Positions 37,221-50,454 of a stretch of 64,000 nt of DNA are shown here, piece by piece (within the stretch, counting starts at the first letter, position 1; each line of letters opens with the position of its first letter). Below the pieces are notes generated by a model. That model was not told the origin of the DNA, searched no databases, and worked only from the letters and a program-made list of their open reading frames with translations. The translations under genes were made by a program, and so were the position numbers. Source of the DNA: Vulcanimicrobiota bacterium (GTDB taxonomy: Bacteria; Vulcanimicrobiota; Vulcanimicrobiia; Eremiobacterales; Eremiobacteraceae); assembly GCA_963812135.1 (NCBI GenBank), contig CAWETU010000001.1:1856001-1920000 (forward strand), read 5' to 3'.

Positions 37221-37814
37221 CTAGGGGTTGCTCAGCCGTGCAAGTTCGTCCGACAATTGGCTGGTCCACGCCTCGATTTCCGCTTTCGTGGCTTTTCGCG
37301 CGCTTCCCTGGAGCTCGATCGGCTTGCCGATGCGCACTTCGACATGACTCGCACGCCAGCGACGCGTGGCAAGCGACGTCCTGGCCAGTCCGACGGGCAC
37401 CAACGGACAACGTGCGGTCGCCGCGAGCAGCACCGCGCCGCCCTTCGCCTTCGCCTCGCCCGTGACGTTGCGCGTGCCCTCGGGAAAGATGCCGACCACG
37501 CCGCCTTCTTTGAGGATGCGCAGCGCACGCCGGAACGACCCGATGTCCGCCGTGTCGCGCGACACCGGAAACGCGTGGACCTTCGAGATGAGATACCCGA
37601 GGACGGGGATCTTGAAGAGCTCTTCTTTGGCCATGAAATGCACGACGCGCGGGAACCACGTGCCGAGCATCGGCGGGTCGAGAAACGAGCGGTGGTTGGC
37701 GGCAACCACGAGCGGCCCGCTCATCGGCACGTTGTCCTCGCCGTAGACTTTCGCGTCGAACAGCAATCGCGTCAGCGGACGAAGCACGCCCTTGACGAGA
37801 AGGTACAGGCTCAT
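37221..37814 (-). CDS. plsC: 1-acyl-sn-glycerol-3-phosphate acyltransferase
   Basis: NHRSFLD, FMAKEELF, IFPEGTR. Confidence 0.9.
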   Translation of the reverse strand: MSLYLLVKGVLRPLTRLLFDAKVYGEDNVPMSGPLVVAANHRSFLDPPMLGTWFPRVVHFMAKEELFKIPVLGYLISKVHAFPVSRDTADIGSFRRALRILKEGGVVGIFPEGTRNVTGEAKAKGGAVLLAATARCPLVPVGLARTSLATRRWRASHVEVRIGKPIELQGSARKATKAEIEAWTSQLSDELARLSNP

Positions 37815-38479
37815 GCGCGCACGCGCCGCTCGAGCTCGTTCACCACTTCGTCAAGCGTCATGTCGGTGGTGTCGATCTCGATCGCGTCGGGGGCTTTGAG
37901 CAGCGGCGAGATGTCGCGTTCGCTGTCGCGCGAGTCGCGCCGCTCGATCTGCGCGCGCAACTTGTCGCGATCGACCTCGACGCCACGCGCCTCGAGCTCG
38001 CGCAGCCGGCGGTCGACGCGCGATTCCAACCGTGCCGTGAGAAAAAATTTCCTCGATGCGTGGGGCAGAATCACCGTGCCGATGTCGCGTCCAGCCATCA
38101 CGACGCTGCGCTTGTCTGCGAATGCCCGCTGCGCCGGTACCAGGCGCTCGCGCACGCCAGCCATCGCAGCGATGGGCGAGACCGCGCGCGCGACCGCGCC
38201 GGTGAAGAGCTCGTTGCCGAGTTCGTTCCCATCCACCACGATGACGGCGCGACCCGCGGGCCCGGGCGCGGCGATCGAAGGCATGTCGCGTTCGAGCAAC
38301 GCGATGATGGCGGGCTCATCGGCCGGGCTCACGCCGCGTTCGAGCGCGAGCCACGCCACCGCGCGATATAACGCGCCTGTATCCAGGAACGCGCAGTGCA
38401 GCCGCTGCGCAAGCCGCGCAGCGACGGTGCTCTTGCCTGATGCGACGGGCCCGTCGATCGCGATTTGGAGCGGTTCCAT
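37811..38479 (-). CDS. cmk: Cytidylate kinase
   Basis: IAIDGPVASGKST, DTGALYR, GRDIGTVI. Confidence 0.95.
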   Translation of the reverse strand: MEPLQIAIDGPVASGKSTVAARLAQRLHCAFLDTGALYRAVAWLALERGVSPADEPAIIALLERDMPSIAAPGPAGRAVIVVDGNELGNELFTGAVARAVSPIAAMAGVRERLVPAQRAFADKRSVVMAGRDIGTVILPHASRKFFLTARLESRVDRRLRELEARGVEVDRDKLRAQIERRDSRDSERDISPLLKAPDAIEIDTTDMTLDEVVNELERRVRA

Positions 38480-38535
38480 CTTCCTCTTTTGCGAGCGGAT
38501 GCGCGCGCCTGCGGCGCGAATGTCGGAGCGTTCTA

Positions 38536-38576
38536 CGGTCGAAATAATTCGACGGTCGAATAAATTCGACCGCTAC
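38536..38576 (-). repeat. Tandem REP class A copies in the cmk/hutH divergent region
   Basis: GTAG-CGGTCGAA-TTTA-TTCGACCG fused to TCGAA-TTAT-TTCGACCG. Confidence 0.85.
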
Positions 38577-38589
38577 AAGGATACGGATT

Positions 38590-40122
38590 GTGCAGACTTC
38601 CTCCCTCGTCCATATCGACGGGACCAACCTGACGATTCCGCTGGTGAAACGCATCGCGAGCGGCGGCGTCGACGTCAAACTCGCCGAGAACGTGAGGCCG
38701 CTCGTGCGAGCGGGTCGCGAGGTGGTCGAGCGCACGGTCAAAGCGGGCCAGCAGATCTACGGCGTGACGACCGGTTTCGGGCGGCTCAAGAGCGTCATGA
38801 TCGATCCCAAAGACGCGATCGAGCTGCAACGTAATCTCGTGCTCAGCCACTGCACCGGCGTCGGTGCGCCGCTGCCCGACGACGCGGTGCGCGCATCCGT
38901 TTTGTTGCGCGCGCACTCACTGGCTCGCGGCTACTCGGGCGTGCGGCTCGACGTGATCGACTTGCTGCTCGAGATGCTCAACCGCCGCGTGACGCCGATC
39001 ATCCCATCGAAAGGATCGGTCGGTGCGTCGGGCGATCTTGCGCCGCTGGCGCACATGGCGCTCGTCCTGATCGGCGAGGGCGATGCGACGTTCGAGGGCA
39101 AGCGCATGAGCGGCGCGGATGCGCTCAAGGCCGCGAACCTCAAGCCGCTGGTGCTCTCATATAAGGAAGGTCTGGCGCTGATCAACGGCACGCAGATCAT
39201 GACCGGCATCGGCGCGCTGACCGCGTACCGCGCAGACCTGGCGTGCAAAGCGGCCGACATCGCCGGCGCGATGAGCCTCGAGGCGTTCTTCGGCACCGCC
39301 TCCGCGTTCGACGAGCGGCTCAACGCGCTGCGGCCACATCCTGGCCAAGCGCGCGTGGCGGCCAACATGCGCCACTTGTTGCGCGGCTCAGGCATCCTCG
39401 CGTCGCACGTCGATTGCGATCGCGTGCAAGACCCCTATTCGTTCCGCTGCATCCCGGTGGTGCACGGCGCCGTGCGCGACGCGATGCACGCCGTCGAGAA
39501 CACGCTCGTCATCGAGATGAATTCGGTGACGGACAACCCGATCGTCATCCCAGAGGACGGCTCCTTCATCACCGGCGGCAATTTCCACGGCGAACCGGTG
39601 GCGCTGGCGATGGACTATCTCGCCATGGCGCTCACCGAGCTCGGCTCGATCGCCGAGCGGCGCATCTACAAACTACTCGAAGGTCTTGAGGGGCTGCCGC
39701 CGTTTCTGTCCGAGGGCCACGGGCTGCACAGCGGCTACATGCTCGCGCAGTACACCGCTGCCGCACTCGTGTCGGAGAACAAGACGCTTTCGTATCCGGC
39801 GTCGGTCGACTCGATCCCGACGTCGGCCGGACAAGAAGATCACGTGAGCATGGGAACGATCTCCGCTCGGCAATGCGAGCAAGTCGTCGACAATCTGGAG
39901 AACGTCATCGCGATCGAGCTGCTCGAAGCGGCGCAAGCGCTGGACTTCCGCGCGCCGCTCAAGTGCGGACAGGGGACATCCGTCGCGCACAAGATCGTGC
40001 GCGAGCACGTGCCGCACCTCAAAGAAGATCGCAATCTCAGCAAAGACATCGAAGCAGCGCGCGACCTGGTCGCCAGCGGCGAGCTCGTCAACGCGGTCGA
40101 AGCGGAGATCGGCGTCCTTTGA
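38590..40122 (+). CDS. hutH: Histidine ammonia-lyase
   Basis: [17 protein letters not shown] motif [20 protein letters not shown]; coupled to hutU. Confidence 0.95.
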   Translation: MQTSSLVHIDGTNLTIPLVKRIASGGVDVKLAENVRPLVRAGREVVERTVKAGQQIYGVTTGFGRLKSVMIDPKDAIELQRNLVLSHCTGVGAPLPDDAVRASVLLRAHSLARGYSGVRLDVIDLLLEMLNRRVTPIIPSKGSVGASGDLAPLAHMALVLIGEGDATFEGKRMSGADALKAANLKPLVLSYKEGLALINGTQIMTGIGALTAYRADLACKAADIAGAMSLEAFFGTASAFDERLNALRPHPGQARVAANMRHLLRGSGILASHVDCDRVQDPYSFRCIPVVHGAVRDAMHAVENTLVIEMNSVTDNPIVIPEDGSFITGGNFHGEPVALAMDYLAMALTELGSIAERRIYKLLEGLEGLPPFLSEGHGLHSGYMLAQYTAAALVSENKTLSYPASVDSIPTSAGQEDHVSMGTISARQCEQVVDNLENVIAIELLEAAQALDFRAPLKCGQGTSVAHKIVREHVPHLKEDRNLSKDIEAARDLVASGELVNAVEAEIGVL

Positions 40123-41777
40123 CCACCTCAGCGCCGCGCATCATCCACGCGCCCACGGGTCCAAAGCGCACGTGTCTTGGCTGGGGCCAAGAAGCGGCGA
40201 TGCGTATGTTGATGAACAACCTCGACCCCAACGTCGCAGAACGGCCGCAAGATCTGGTCGTCTACGGTGGCAGCGGCAAAGCCGCGCGATCGTGGGAGGC
40301 GTACGACGCGATCGTGCGCACGTTGCAACGCTTGCGCAACGACGAGACGTTGCTGGTGCAATCCGGCAAACCGGTCGCCGTCTTCACGTCGCATGAAGCC
40401 GCCCCGCGCGTCCTCATCTCCAACTCGATGCTCGTGCCCGCATGGGCGAACTGGAAGACGTTCCGCGAGCTCGAGGCGCAAGGCCTGACGATGTACGGCC
40501 AGATGACGGCCGGCTCGTGGATATACATCGGCACGCAAGGCATCCTGCAGGGGACATACGAGACCTTTGGCGCGCTTGCGGACAAGCATTTCGGCGGCTC
40601 GCTCAAAGGGCGCATCGTGTTGACGGCGGGTTTGGGCGGCATGGGCGGCGCGCAGCCGCTCGCCGTCACGATGAACGGCGGCGTCGCGATCGTCGTCGAG
40701 ATCGATCCTGCGCGCATCGAACGGCGCATCGCTGACCGTTATTGCGACGTGAGCGCTGCCAACGATCTTGACGAGGCGTTGCGGCTTGCGCAAGACGCGG
40801 CGATGGAGGAACGCCCGCTTTCGATCGCGCTCCTTGGCAACGCGGCTGAGGTCGTACCCACACTTTTGCAGATGGGCGCGCCGATCGACATCGTCACCGA
40901 TCAGACGGCCGCGCACGACGTGCTCACCGGCTACGTGCCTGCGGGCATGACGCTCGAGGGCGCCGACGAGCTGCGCCAGCAAGACCCGGCGCAGTACGAG
41001 CACCGGGCACTCGAATCCATCGCCAAACACGTCAACGCGATGCTCGGCTTCCAAAAACGCGGCGCCGTCGTCTTCGACTATGGCAACAACATCCGCAAGC
41101 AAGCGCAGCTGGCCGGCGTCAAGGACGCGTTCGCATTCCCAGGTTTCACACCGGCGTTCATCCGTCCACTTTTCTGCGAGGGCAAGGGACCGTTTCGCTG
41201 GGCGGCGCTCTCTGGCGATCCCGCCGACATCGCGGCGCTCGACGACGCGCTGCTCGAGACATTCCCGAACAACGAACGGCTGCATCGCTGGATCGCGCTC
41301 GCGCGCGAACGAGTCAGCTTCCAAGGCCTGCCGGCACGCATCTGCTGGCTAGGCTACGGCGAACGGCGCGAATTCGGATTGCGCATCAACGACATGGTGC
41401 GCTCGGGCGCGCTACGCGCGCCGATCGTGATCGGCCGCGATCATCTCGACACGGGCTCGGTCGCGTCGCCCTATCGAGAGACCGAGAGCATGCGCGACGG
41501 TTCGGATGCGATCGCGGATTGGCCCATCCTCAACGCGCTCATCAACGCGGTCAACGGCGCGCATTGGGTGAGCGTGCATCACGGCGGCGGCGTCGGCATC
41601 GGCTATTCGATCCACGCGGGCATGGTGGTCGTCGCCGACGGATCGGATGACGCGGCAGCACGTCTGTCGCGCGTGCTGACGAGCGATCCAGGCATCGGCA
41701 TCGTGCGTCACGCCGATGCGGGTTATCCCGAGGCTATCGCGGCGGCGGATAAACATCGCATCGATTGGCGATTGTGA
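40119..41777 (+). CDS. hutU: Urocanate hydratase
   Basis: TTG 40119 overlaps the hutH stop; [35 protein letters not shown]. Confidence 0.96.
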   Translation: MTTSAPRIIHAPTGPKRTCLGWGQEAAMRMLMNNLDPNVAERPQDLVVYGGSGKAARSWEAYDAIVRTLQRLRNDETLLVQSGKPVAVFTSHEAAPRVLISNSMLVPAWANWKTFRELEAQGLTMYGQMTAGSWIYIGTQGILQGTYETFGALADKHFGGSLKGRIVLTAGLGGMGGAQPLAVTMNGGVAIVVEIDPARIERRIADRYCDVSAANDLDEALRLAQDAAMEERPLSIALLGNAAEVVPTLLQMGAPIDIVTDQTAAHDVLTGYVPAGMTLEGADELRQQDPAQYEHRALESIAKHVNAMLGFQKRGAVVFDYGNNIRKQAQLAGVKDAFAFPGFTPAFIRPLFCEGKGPFRWAALSGDPADIAALDDALLETFPNNERLHRWIALARERVSFQGLPARICWLGYGERREFGLRINDMVRSGALRAPIVIGRDHLDTGSVASPYRETESMRDGSDAIADWPILNALINAVNGAHWVSVHHGGGVGIGYSIHAGMVVVADGSDDAAARLSRVLTSDPGIGIVRHADAGYPEAIAAADKHRIDWRL

Positions 41778-41909
41778 ACGCGCAATCCGAAAATTATTCG
41801 GCGACACGTTTGCAGCAGTGATGCAGGTCACGCCGTCCCGCGAGCAGTAAGCCCCACCTTAAGACTTCGTTATCATCTTTTTCACTGCGGTTGTTACCGG
41901 AGGCCTATC

Positions 41910-44900
41910 ATGTTTCGACGCTCGATGCAATGGGTGCTCGGTCTTTTCGCGTTGCTCGTACTCGTGCCGTTCCCAGGCGTTCGCCGGCACGACCGGGGTC
42001 ATCTCCGGCACGACCAAAGACGACCACGGTGTGCCCGTCGTGGCGGTCAGAGTCAGCGTCACTTCGCCGTCGCAGACGGCGTCGGCGCTCTCGTCGTCGA
42101 GCGGCTTCTTCGCGTTCCTCAACCTCTCGCCGGACACGTACCGCGTGACCGCCGTGAAGGACGGCTATGCGACCGCGAACTTTCCCGGCATCACGGTCCT
42201 CGCTGACCAAACGGCGCGCATCGATATCACCATGGCGCCCACCATCCGTACGATCGGACGAGTGACCACGACTGCAGCCGCAAGCCTTGTGAGCAAGAGC
42301 GTCACGGGCGATCTGTACACCGTCAGCGCGCAATCGATGGCCAAGTATCAGGGCAGCGTCGGCGGCGCCGAAACGTTATACAGCCAGAACGGCATCGTCG
42401 GTTCGCTGCCAGGCGTCACCCGGACGGTCGGCACCGGTGGTGGATACGCGGGCAACGGGTCGCTCTTCTTCCGCGGCGGCTCGAACGACCAAGTCGGCTT
42501 CGAACTCGAAGGCATCCCGCTCAACCGCGCGTTCGACTCGGCCAACGCCACTGCGTTCCTCACCAACGGCCTCTCGAGCCTTGAAGTCTACACTGGCGGC
42601 GAACCTGCCGACGCCGGCCGTTCGATGTCAGGCTATATCAATGAGATCATCCACCGCGGCAGCTTCCCCGGCGGCGCCGACCTGTCACTCGTGATCGGGT
42701 CGCCGCTGCTCACGAACGCCGTGGATATGGATCTCTATGGTGGCACACCGAGCAAGCACTTCACGTACTACGTGTCGACGCTGTGGGTCAACGGCGCCTA
42801 CAACTTCGGCGACCGAAGCAACCTCGACAACTCGTCGATAAGCGTCCCGGCCAACGACGTCGGCTGTCCGGCGGTCGCGTTCAACACCGGCAACATCACG
42901 TGTCCGAACGCTCAAACGAATTTCAACATACCGATCTCCCAAGGCGCATGGTCGAGCTTCGTCAATCCCTCCGCCCGGATGACGAACACCGTGTTCAACC
43001 TCAACTGGTCTCTCGACCACAACGGTTTATCCGACAATCTGCAGGCGTTGTACATGGTCGGCGCGACCGTGAACCCATTCAACTACTCGGGTCCGTTCGT
43101 CGATCCGACGACGATCGCGAACTGCGGCTATGAGACCGTGCTCTCAAATCCGTGCCCAACCCCGCCTGGCTCCGATGAGCTGGCCGTTCGGCATGCTCTA
43201 CAAAGGACAGGTCGGCCAGCCGTTCAACCCGACAGCGAATAACCTCTACACGCTCACCTGGCCGTCCGCGAATGGCAGCATAGGCGACATGCCGCCGAAC
43301 TACCTCGACACACAGCGCACGCAGTCGGCCATCGAGAAAATCGGCTACACGCGCGCGCTCACCAGCTCGTCGTTCTTGCGCCTCTACGCGTACTCGATCT
43401 ACTCGTTGTGGAACTTCGATCAAGCCACCAACGGGTACCAAGGCGACTCGTTCTACGATCTGCACGACAACGCCACGGGCGTCACCGCGAATTACCAGAA
43501 CCAGCTCAACCAGCAACACCTGCTGCGCTTCGACGTGGATTATTTGCAGGAGCGCAGCCTGCGCTACAACTACGCGAACAACTTCCCGTACCCCGATAAC
43601 TTCGTGAATTGCTTCCCATCGACGACGGTCGATTATTCGATCGGCGCCGGCAGCCTCGACTACGGCTGTACGGGATTCTTCAATTCGGCGACGCCTGAGG
43701 CGGTGGCGCAGATCAACGGCCCATTCGCCTACTACAACAACATCAGCCCGGTTTCGGAAGACGTCGCGATCGCCGACACGTGGCGCCCCAACGATCGTTG
43801 GACGTTTGACATCGGCGCTCGCTACGACGACTTCATCGTGCCGCTCATGCCCTTGCAGATCAGCGGACCAAACGGCATCGCCGAGCTGGCGCAGAACCAG
43901 TCCGGCACGTGTCTGCATGGGTATGCGTATGCGCCCGGTGAAATCTGTAACACATTCCTCAACTTTAGCGGCCCCCCATCATCGGTCTCGTGTCCGACTT
44001 GCGTCGGCGACGGCACGTTCGGAGCCTCCGCGCTGCCGGGCGCCGGCAACTGGGCCAACGTTTCCGGCAACCTGACGTACCAGTTCTTTAGTCCCCGCTT
44101 CGGCGTGACGTACGCGGCTGGTCCGAACGACGTCATCCGCTTCGCAGTCGGCCGATACGTGCAGCCGCCGGCGACGGCCTATGAGGAATACATCGCGGCG
44201 CCGCAGTGGGGCGCGACCGCGACCGTGGCCGTGCTCAACAACTTCTACGATGGCTTGGGGTTCACGGCCGTCCACAACGTCCAACCGCAGGACAGCACGA
44301 ACTACGACGCTTCCTACGAGCACGACTTCGCCAACGCGTTCTCGGTGAAAGTGTCGCCGTATTTCCGGGTCACCAGAGGCCAGATCCTCAACTTGCCTGT
44401 GAATCCGCTGCAGCCCACGTTCGAAACCGGTTACAACTTCGGCGCGGCGCGCGTCTCGGGAGTGGAGTTCCTGATGCGCGACTCGCATCAAGGCGACGGC
44501 TGGAGCGGCACGCTTGCCGCGACGTACACGGACTCGAAGATCCGGTTCGAAGCGCCGCTCGGCGGCGCCAACTTCATCGACACGATCAACAAACAGATCA
44601 CCGACTATAACAACTTCTACAGCACAAACTATCCGCTGTTCGACCCGAACGGCTACTACAAGCCGTCGCTCTTCGAGTCGCCGGGCAATACGGGTTCATC
44701 CTATGACGTGGCGTGGGTGGTCAACCTCAACGCGACGTACACAAGGCACGGTTGGGACGTCTCGCCGACGTTCAACTACCAGTCGGGCAACCCGTACGGC
44801 GATCCGCTCCTCTTCCCCGATCCGAATGGCGCCGCGAGCGGCCTGACGTACGGACCCGATCCCTACACGAAGAAGTTCGACGGCCTCGGCTCGTTCAACG

Positions 44901-45187
44901 GTCCGTGGTGGCTCACGATGAATCTCGCGATTGCGCATGACGTCGCCAAGAACATCAAGGCGAGCATCCTATACACGAATATCTTCACCGTCATCGGCAA
45001 CCGCGGCTATCCATGGGAGTACCCGACGAGCAAACAAGTGGTCTCGTACGAAGATAACTTCTTCTACTCGAACGCGCCGTTCGGCGCGCTCAATCCGGTC
45101 TATGTCGGCGAGAGCTACTACCCCTACGGACCGGGCTCGATCAACCCGTACCACCAGCTGGTGTTCAGCGTCTCGACCAAGATCTAG
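41910..45187 (+). CDS. TonB-dependent-receptor-like outer-membrane protein with N-terminal carboxypeptidase-regulatory-like domain; frameshifts at about 41970 and 43170
   Basis: Signal peptide...AGTTGVISG, FLNLSPDTY, plug-like RGGSNDQVGFELEGIP, GARYD, FSPRFGVTY; three frames join into one protein. Confidence 0.75.
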
Positions 45188-48100
45188 CGACGCGAGCTGA
45201 TGTAGGTCTTGTAGTCCGACATCAGCGCATCGAACTGAGCTCCGATCGCCGCCTGCTCCGCAAGTTGCGCGGCGGTCGGCGGCCCTTGTGAGTACGACGG
45301 CGGGATCATCAGGATCTGCAGCCGCTCGCGCAGCTGGTTGGCCCGCTGCAGGTCATCTTCTGAATTGATCGGGTTCGACGTGAGCCGATCGTAGATCGCG
45401 CGGCCGCGCGCGTCCAACTTGCCGTGCTTCGCGAGATCGTCGAGCGCGTTGAGCGCCACGTCGATGTCCGACAGCCAGCCATTGAGTTGGTGGAAGAACT
45501 GATAGCGCGCGGCGTAGTCGGCCTGCGTCCACGTCGCGCGCGGGTCCGCGTGCACGCTGAGCGGTTGCTCTTGCGTCACCGCTCCTGCGATCAGACGAAC
45601 TTTGTACGAACCGGGAACGACCTGGGCGCCATCGCTTGGGCCCTGGTTCCACTCCTTGACCGAATGCCACGACACCGGCGCCGGCTCGGTGAGACTCCAC
45701 GCAATCCGGTTGAGGCCGGGATGCGCTGAGCCGGTGAGCGTCCGGACCACTCGTCCGCTGCCATCCACGAACTGGAGGCGCGGCGCAGACGGCATCTTGG
45801 CGGCGAGGTAATAGGTGATGATGGCGCCGTCCGGCGGATTCTCGCCGACGAACTGGCCCGCCGGCGCGCTGCCTTCATGTTCGCCGACTCCATACATCGT
45901 CAGCCACCACCGATACCACGCAAACGTGAGACGCGGCGGAAAGAGATAGGCCGCTGCGGCGCGCGCCTGCGCGAGCTGCTGCAACGCCGTCAGATCGTCG
46001 AGCACGTAGAAGTCGCGTCCATGCGTCGCGACGATCAGGTCGTTCTTGTCCGGCTGCACCTGGAGATCGCGCACCGCGGTCACGGGCAGGTCGCCTTGCA
46101 AGCTGCGCCAATGCGCGCCTCGATCGAACGAGATCCAGATCCCCTGTTCCAACCCAGCGTATAAGATGTCCGGATTGTTCGGGTCTTGACGCACGACGTG
46201 CACGTATTGGCCGGATGGCAAACCGTGGGCGATGCTGCGCCACGTGGCGCCATAGTCGTCGGTGGCGAACGCGTATGCGGTCCGATCTCCCATGAAGTGA
46301 CGGTCGAGGGCGAGGAACGCGCTTCCCGGCTTGAACGGCGATGCATCGATGTTCTCGACACGCCCGTACGGAGGCGCGGGCGGCGAGACGTCGACCCAGT
46401 GCAAGCCGCCGTCGCGCGTGAGGTGGACAAGGCCGTCGTCCGCACCGGCCCAGATCACGCCTTGGCCGGTCTCTGCCGGTGAGGGCGCGATACTGAGCAG
46501 CGTATCGTAGAACTCCGCACCCGAAACGTCGAGCGTCACGTCCCCGCCGGCTCGTTGCTGGTGTGCGATCTCGTTGCGCGTCAGGTCGGGGCTGATGACC
46601 CGCCAATTTCGGCCGTGATCCATCGTCTTGAACACGACGTTGCCGCCGAAGAACACATACTCCCGATCGAGCGTGTCGACGGCGACGGGCGCTTCCCAGT
46701 TGAAGCGATATGGCAAACCGGCGAGCGCCGTGCCATTGGTGTCGCGAGCGTACGGCGAGACGTCATAGCTCTGACGCGAATCGAGCAAGAACGTGTTGAT
46801 CTGCCCGGTGAGAACGTTGACGCCAACGTTCCAGACGATGTTGTCGTCCATCAGGTCAGGTATGGTGAAGACGCCGTCGCTGTCGTTGCCGACGTCGCGC
46901 CAGTTCGCCGACAGGATGCCGAGCGGGTCGAGGCTGTTGCTCGGACCGCAAAACGAGTCGTTGTCCTGGAACCCGCCGCAGATGTTGTACGGATTTTGGC
47001 GATCGAAGCCCATATGGTAGATCTGGCCGATCGCGATGTTGTAACGCCACTCCCAGTTCGCGCCGCCGTCCACGCTGATCGGCGCGCCGCCATCGTTTCC
47101 TTCTATCATCCGTCTGCCGTCGGCCGAGATCCACAGTGCGTGATGGTCTTGGTGGACAGCGGTTTTCACTTGGGAAAAGGTCACGCCGCCGTCCTTCGAC
47201 TCGAACATATCTTCCGAGAGGAAGAACACATGGTTGGCGTCGTGGGGATCGACTTCGAGCCGGCTCATATAGAACGGCCGCTGGTTGAGCGCATCGTCAC
47301 GGTTGACCAGCCGCCAGTCGACGCCTGCGTCATCCGAGCGCCAGAGCACGCCGCTGCGCGATTCGATCAGCGCGTAGACGCGCCGCGGATCGCTGTGCGC
47401 CACCGCAAGTCCGATCCGCCCCATGTCGCCCGGCGGCAAACCGTGACCGGTGAGTTTGGCCCAGTGTTGCCCGCCGTCAATCGATCGATAGATGCCGTCC
47501 GCCGCTCCACCGCTGGTGAACGTCCACGGCTTGCGTCGGAACTGCCAGATAGCGGCGAACACGAGCTTGCCGCCCGCGTCGCTCGCGAGATCCGCGGCGC
47601 CGCTGCTGGGTCCGACGTAGAGCGTCTTGCGCCACGTGAGCCCGGCGTCGGTCGTGCGATAGACGCCCCGGGCGTCGCTGTCGGCAAACGGATTGCCCAG
47701 CGCGCCGGCAAGCACGGTCTTTGGGTTCGAAGGATCGATGAGAATGCGCGAGATGATGTACGAATCCGCCAGCCCGCGATGCAGCCACGTCGCGCCGGCG
47801 TCGCGCGAAAGCCAGACGCCGTCGCCATACGACGCGTCATTGCGCGGCTTCGACTCTCCCGTGCCGACCCAGACCGTGCGCTTATCGGCGGGATCGATGG
47901 CGAGCGAGCCGATCGCCGCCAACCGGCTGCCCTGACCAGGTGTCTTGCCAGGTGACGCCGCCATTGGTCGTCCGGAAGACGCCGCCGTCGGCCGCGCCTA
48001 TGTAGTAAAGCCATGGATCGGCGTTCGTTCCCGCGACCGCGGGGACGCGGCCGCCCGACTGGCCAGGCCCGATCGAGCGCCAATGGAGGTCGCCGAGCCA

Positions 48101-48190
48101 GCCACCGTCTGCGGCCGCGGCAACCGGGCATATTAAGAGAACGAGGCTGACGCCGCAGCCGATAAGCCGCCTGCTGGAATTGTGCGAGAT
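45184..48190 (-). CDS. Secreted BNR/Asp-box beta-propeller (sortilin/VPS10-like) protein; frameshift at about 47920
   Basis: WRSIGP..GGRV in the upstream frame; many S/TxDGGxxW boxes; ISPDLTRN, ATHGR. Confidence 0.82.
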
Positions 48191-48297
48191 CGTGCCCTCC
48201 GTCGCCGCGCGCCGTTCGCGTCACACTTCTTTTTTTCCGCTGAGATCCGCCTGAGGAGGGAGGACCACGCGCCGCTCATGGCCTAGCAAACACGGTC

Positions 48298-49048
48298 ATG
48301 GACAGCCCGAAGACGATGGACCCCAAAGCGACCACCTTTTCCATCCAGCGCGCAAAAGAGCGTTACTGCGCCGACCACGGTTGGCTGAGCAGCTGCTTTT
48401 CGTTCAGCTTCGCCGACTATTACGACCCGAAGAACCTCAACTGGGGCGCGCTGCGCGTGCTCAATGACGACACGATCGCGCCGAGCTCAGGGTTCCCGAC
48501 GCACCCGCACCGCGATATGGAGATCCTCACCTACGTGCTGAGCGGAGCGCTCGAGCACAAGGACAGCATGGGCAACGAGGGCATCGTCAAGGCCGGCGGC
48601 GTGCAATACATGAGCGCCGGCACCGGCGTGCGGCATTCGGAAGAGAATCCGTCGAAAGATGAAGCGCTGCACCTCGTGCAGATGTGGGTCTTGCCAGGGC
48701 GCAAGGGACTCAAGCCGACGTACGGCCAGTGCGACTTCACGCAAAAGGATCGCTTGAACAAGTGGCTGCATGGTCGCGAGCGGCATTCCCGGCGAGCGCG
48801 CGCCCGTCGCGCTCTCGCAGAACGGGTCGTTTCGCATCGCGCGGCTCGAGAACGGCGTGCTTGATTATTCCTTCGGCAACTCGCGGCTTGGGTTTCTGTT
48901 CGTCGCCGACGGCAGCGTCGCGGCGAACGGCTCGCGTCTCGACACGGGCGATGCAGTGCGCATTGCGAACGTGCCGTCGCTCGCGCTCAGCGGTGCCGGC
49001 GAAGTGCTGCTGTGGGACGTGCCGCCGACCGTCGACGTTCCGATCTAG
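48298..49048 (+). CDS. Pirin-family protein; frameshift at about 48768
   Basis: DHGWL, FSFADYYDP, LRVLNDD, HPHRDMEI, MSAGTGVRHSE; C-terminus in the 48770 frame. Confidence 0.88.
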
Positions 49049-49547
49049 TTTTTCACCCAGGGATTGATCGCTAGTCGCAACTGATTCACCGCGCTTCGCG
49101 CGGCGTAGTCGTCTGTGGAGGTCGCAGCGTAGGAATACAGACGATCGAGCAGCGCAGCACGTTTGCGATTTTTCTCGTCGCCCTCAGCCGTCGCAAGCCA
49201 ATCGCCGACCGCCGAATTGACCCAAGCTGGAACATGCGGCACGTTCCGCTTTGCGTGAGCTCGTCGTGTATTGCCAGCTCGTCGACGGGCCGAGTTGAAG
49301 CCGGAACCGACAGCGCGCTCGATTTCTTACCGAACCCCGAAGAAGCAGCGTGCGTACGTAAAGACCCAAAGGCGAGCTTCGGAGCCAGAAACAGCAGCAG
49401 GACGACGATCGCGACAGCGTGTTCTGCATCCATGTGTTTGCCGGTCACGGAGGCGATGGCCAAAAGCATCAGCCCCAATGAGCCGATGAGAAGACCATGA
49501 GGACAAGTCGTGAGCCTTCGGCGGCATCGGCTGAAATCATTGTGAGT

Positions 49548-50446
49548 TTATGAGACGGCTTGGTAGTATCTGCTCGTCGGGGCGTGATCGAGCGCGCCTG
49601 CGATCAACGTTGATGCGGCGACGACGCCTTCGAGCGAAACGCCAGTTTTGATGCTCATGCCGTGCAGCATGTAGAGCAGGTCTTCGGTCGCGAGATTGCC
49701 GCTCGCGCCGGGCGCGTACGGGCAGCCACCGAGACCCGCGGCGGATGAGTCGAAGGTTGAGATGCCGGCTTCAAGCGCCGCGAGCACGTTGGCCAGCGCG
49801 GTGCCGCGCGTGTCGTGGAAATGCATCGCGAGCCGCCCGATGTCCAGGCGATTCGGAGAGCAGCGCGACAAGCTCGACGACTTGGTTCGGCGTCGCGACG
49901 CCGATCGTGTCGCCGATGCTGATCTCGTCGATCCCCAGGGCGTCGAGGCGCATCGCGACCTCGACCACGCGCGCGAGGCGCGATCGTCTCCTCGAACGGC
50001 GAGCCGAAGCACATCGAGACGTAGCCGCGCACCCGAATCCCGTCTTGCTTCGCCCGTTTGATCACCGGAACGAAGCGGTCGATCGATTCATCGATCGTCG
50101 CGTTGATGTTGCGCCGGTTGAATTCTTCGGATGCGGCGGTGAAGACGGCGACTTCAGTCGCGCCGGCCGCCAGCGCTCGTTCCAACCCCCGTTCGTTCGG
50201 CACGAGTGCCGCGTAACGCGTGCCCGCGCGGCGCTTGATCGCGCGCATCACGTCTTCGGCGTCGGCGAGTTGGGGAATCGCCTTGGGGCTCACGAACGAC
50301 GTCGCTTCGATCACCGGTAAGCCGGCGTCGGAGAGCGCGTCGATGAAGCGCACTTTGGTCTCCGTCGGAATCGTCGTCTTCTCGTTTTGCAGTCCGTCGC
50401 GCGGGCCGACTTCAACGATCGTGACCTGCTTTGGAACCGACTTCAT
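49548..50446 (-). CDS. Hydroxymethylglutaryl-CoA lyase; frameshifts at about 49975 and 49855
   Basis: EVGPRDGLQNE, GDTIG, HFHDTRG, GLGGCPYAPGASGN across three frames. Confidence 0.9.
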
Positions 50447-50454
50447 GGCCGCGC

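Noticed and set aside
36675..38834. 719-aa plus-strand ORF and similar long ORFs (25432..27048, 30089..31819, 16109..17458, 46555..47955)
   Set aside because: Antisense shadows of well-supported genes in GC-rich DNA, with no protein motifs.
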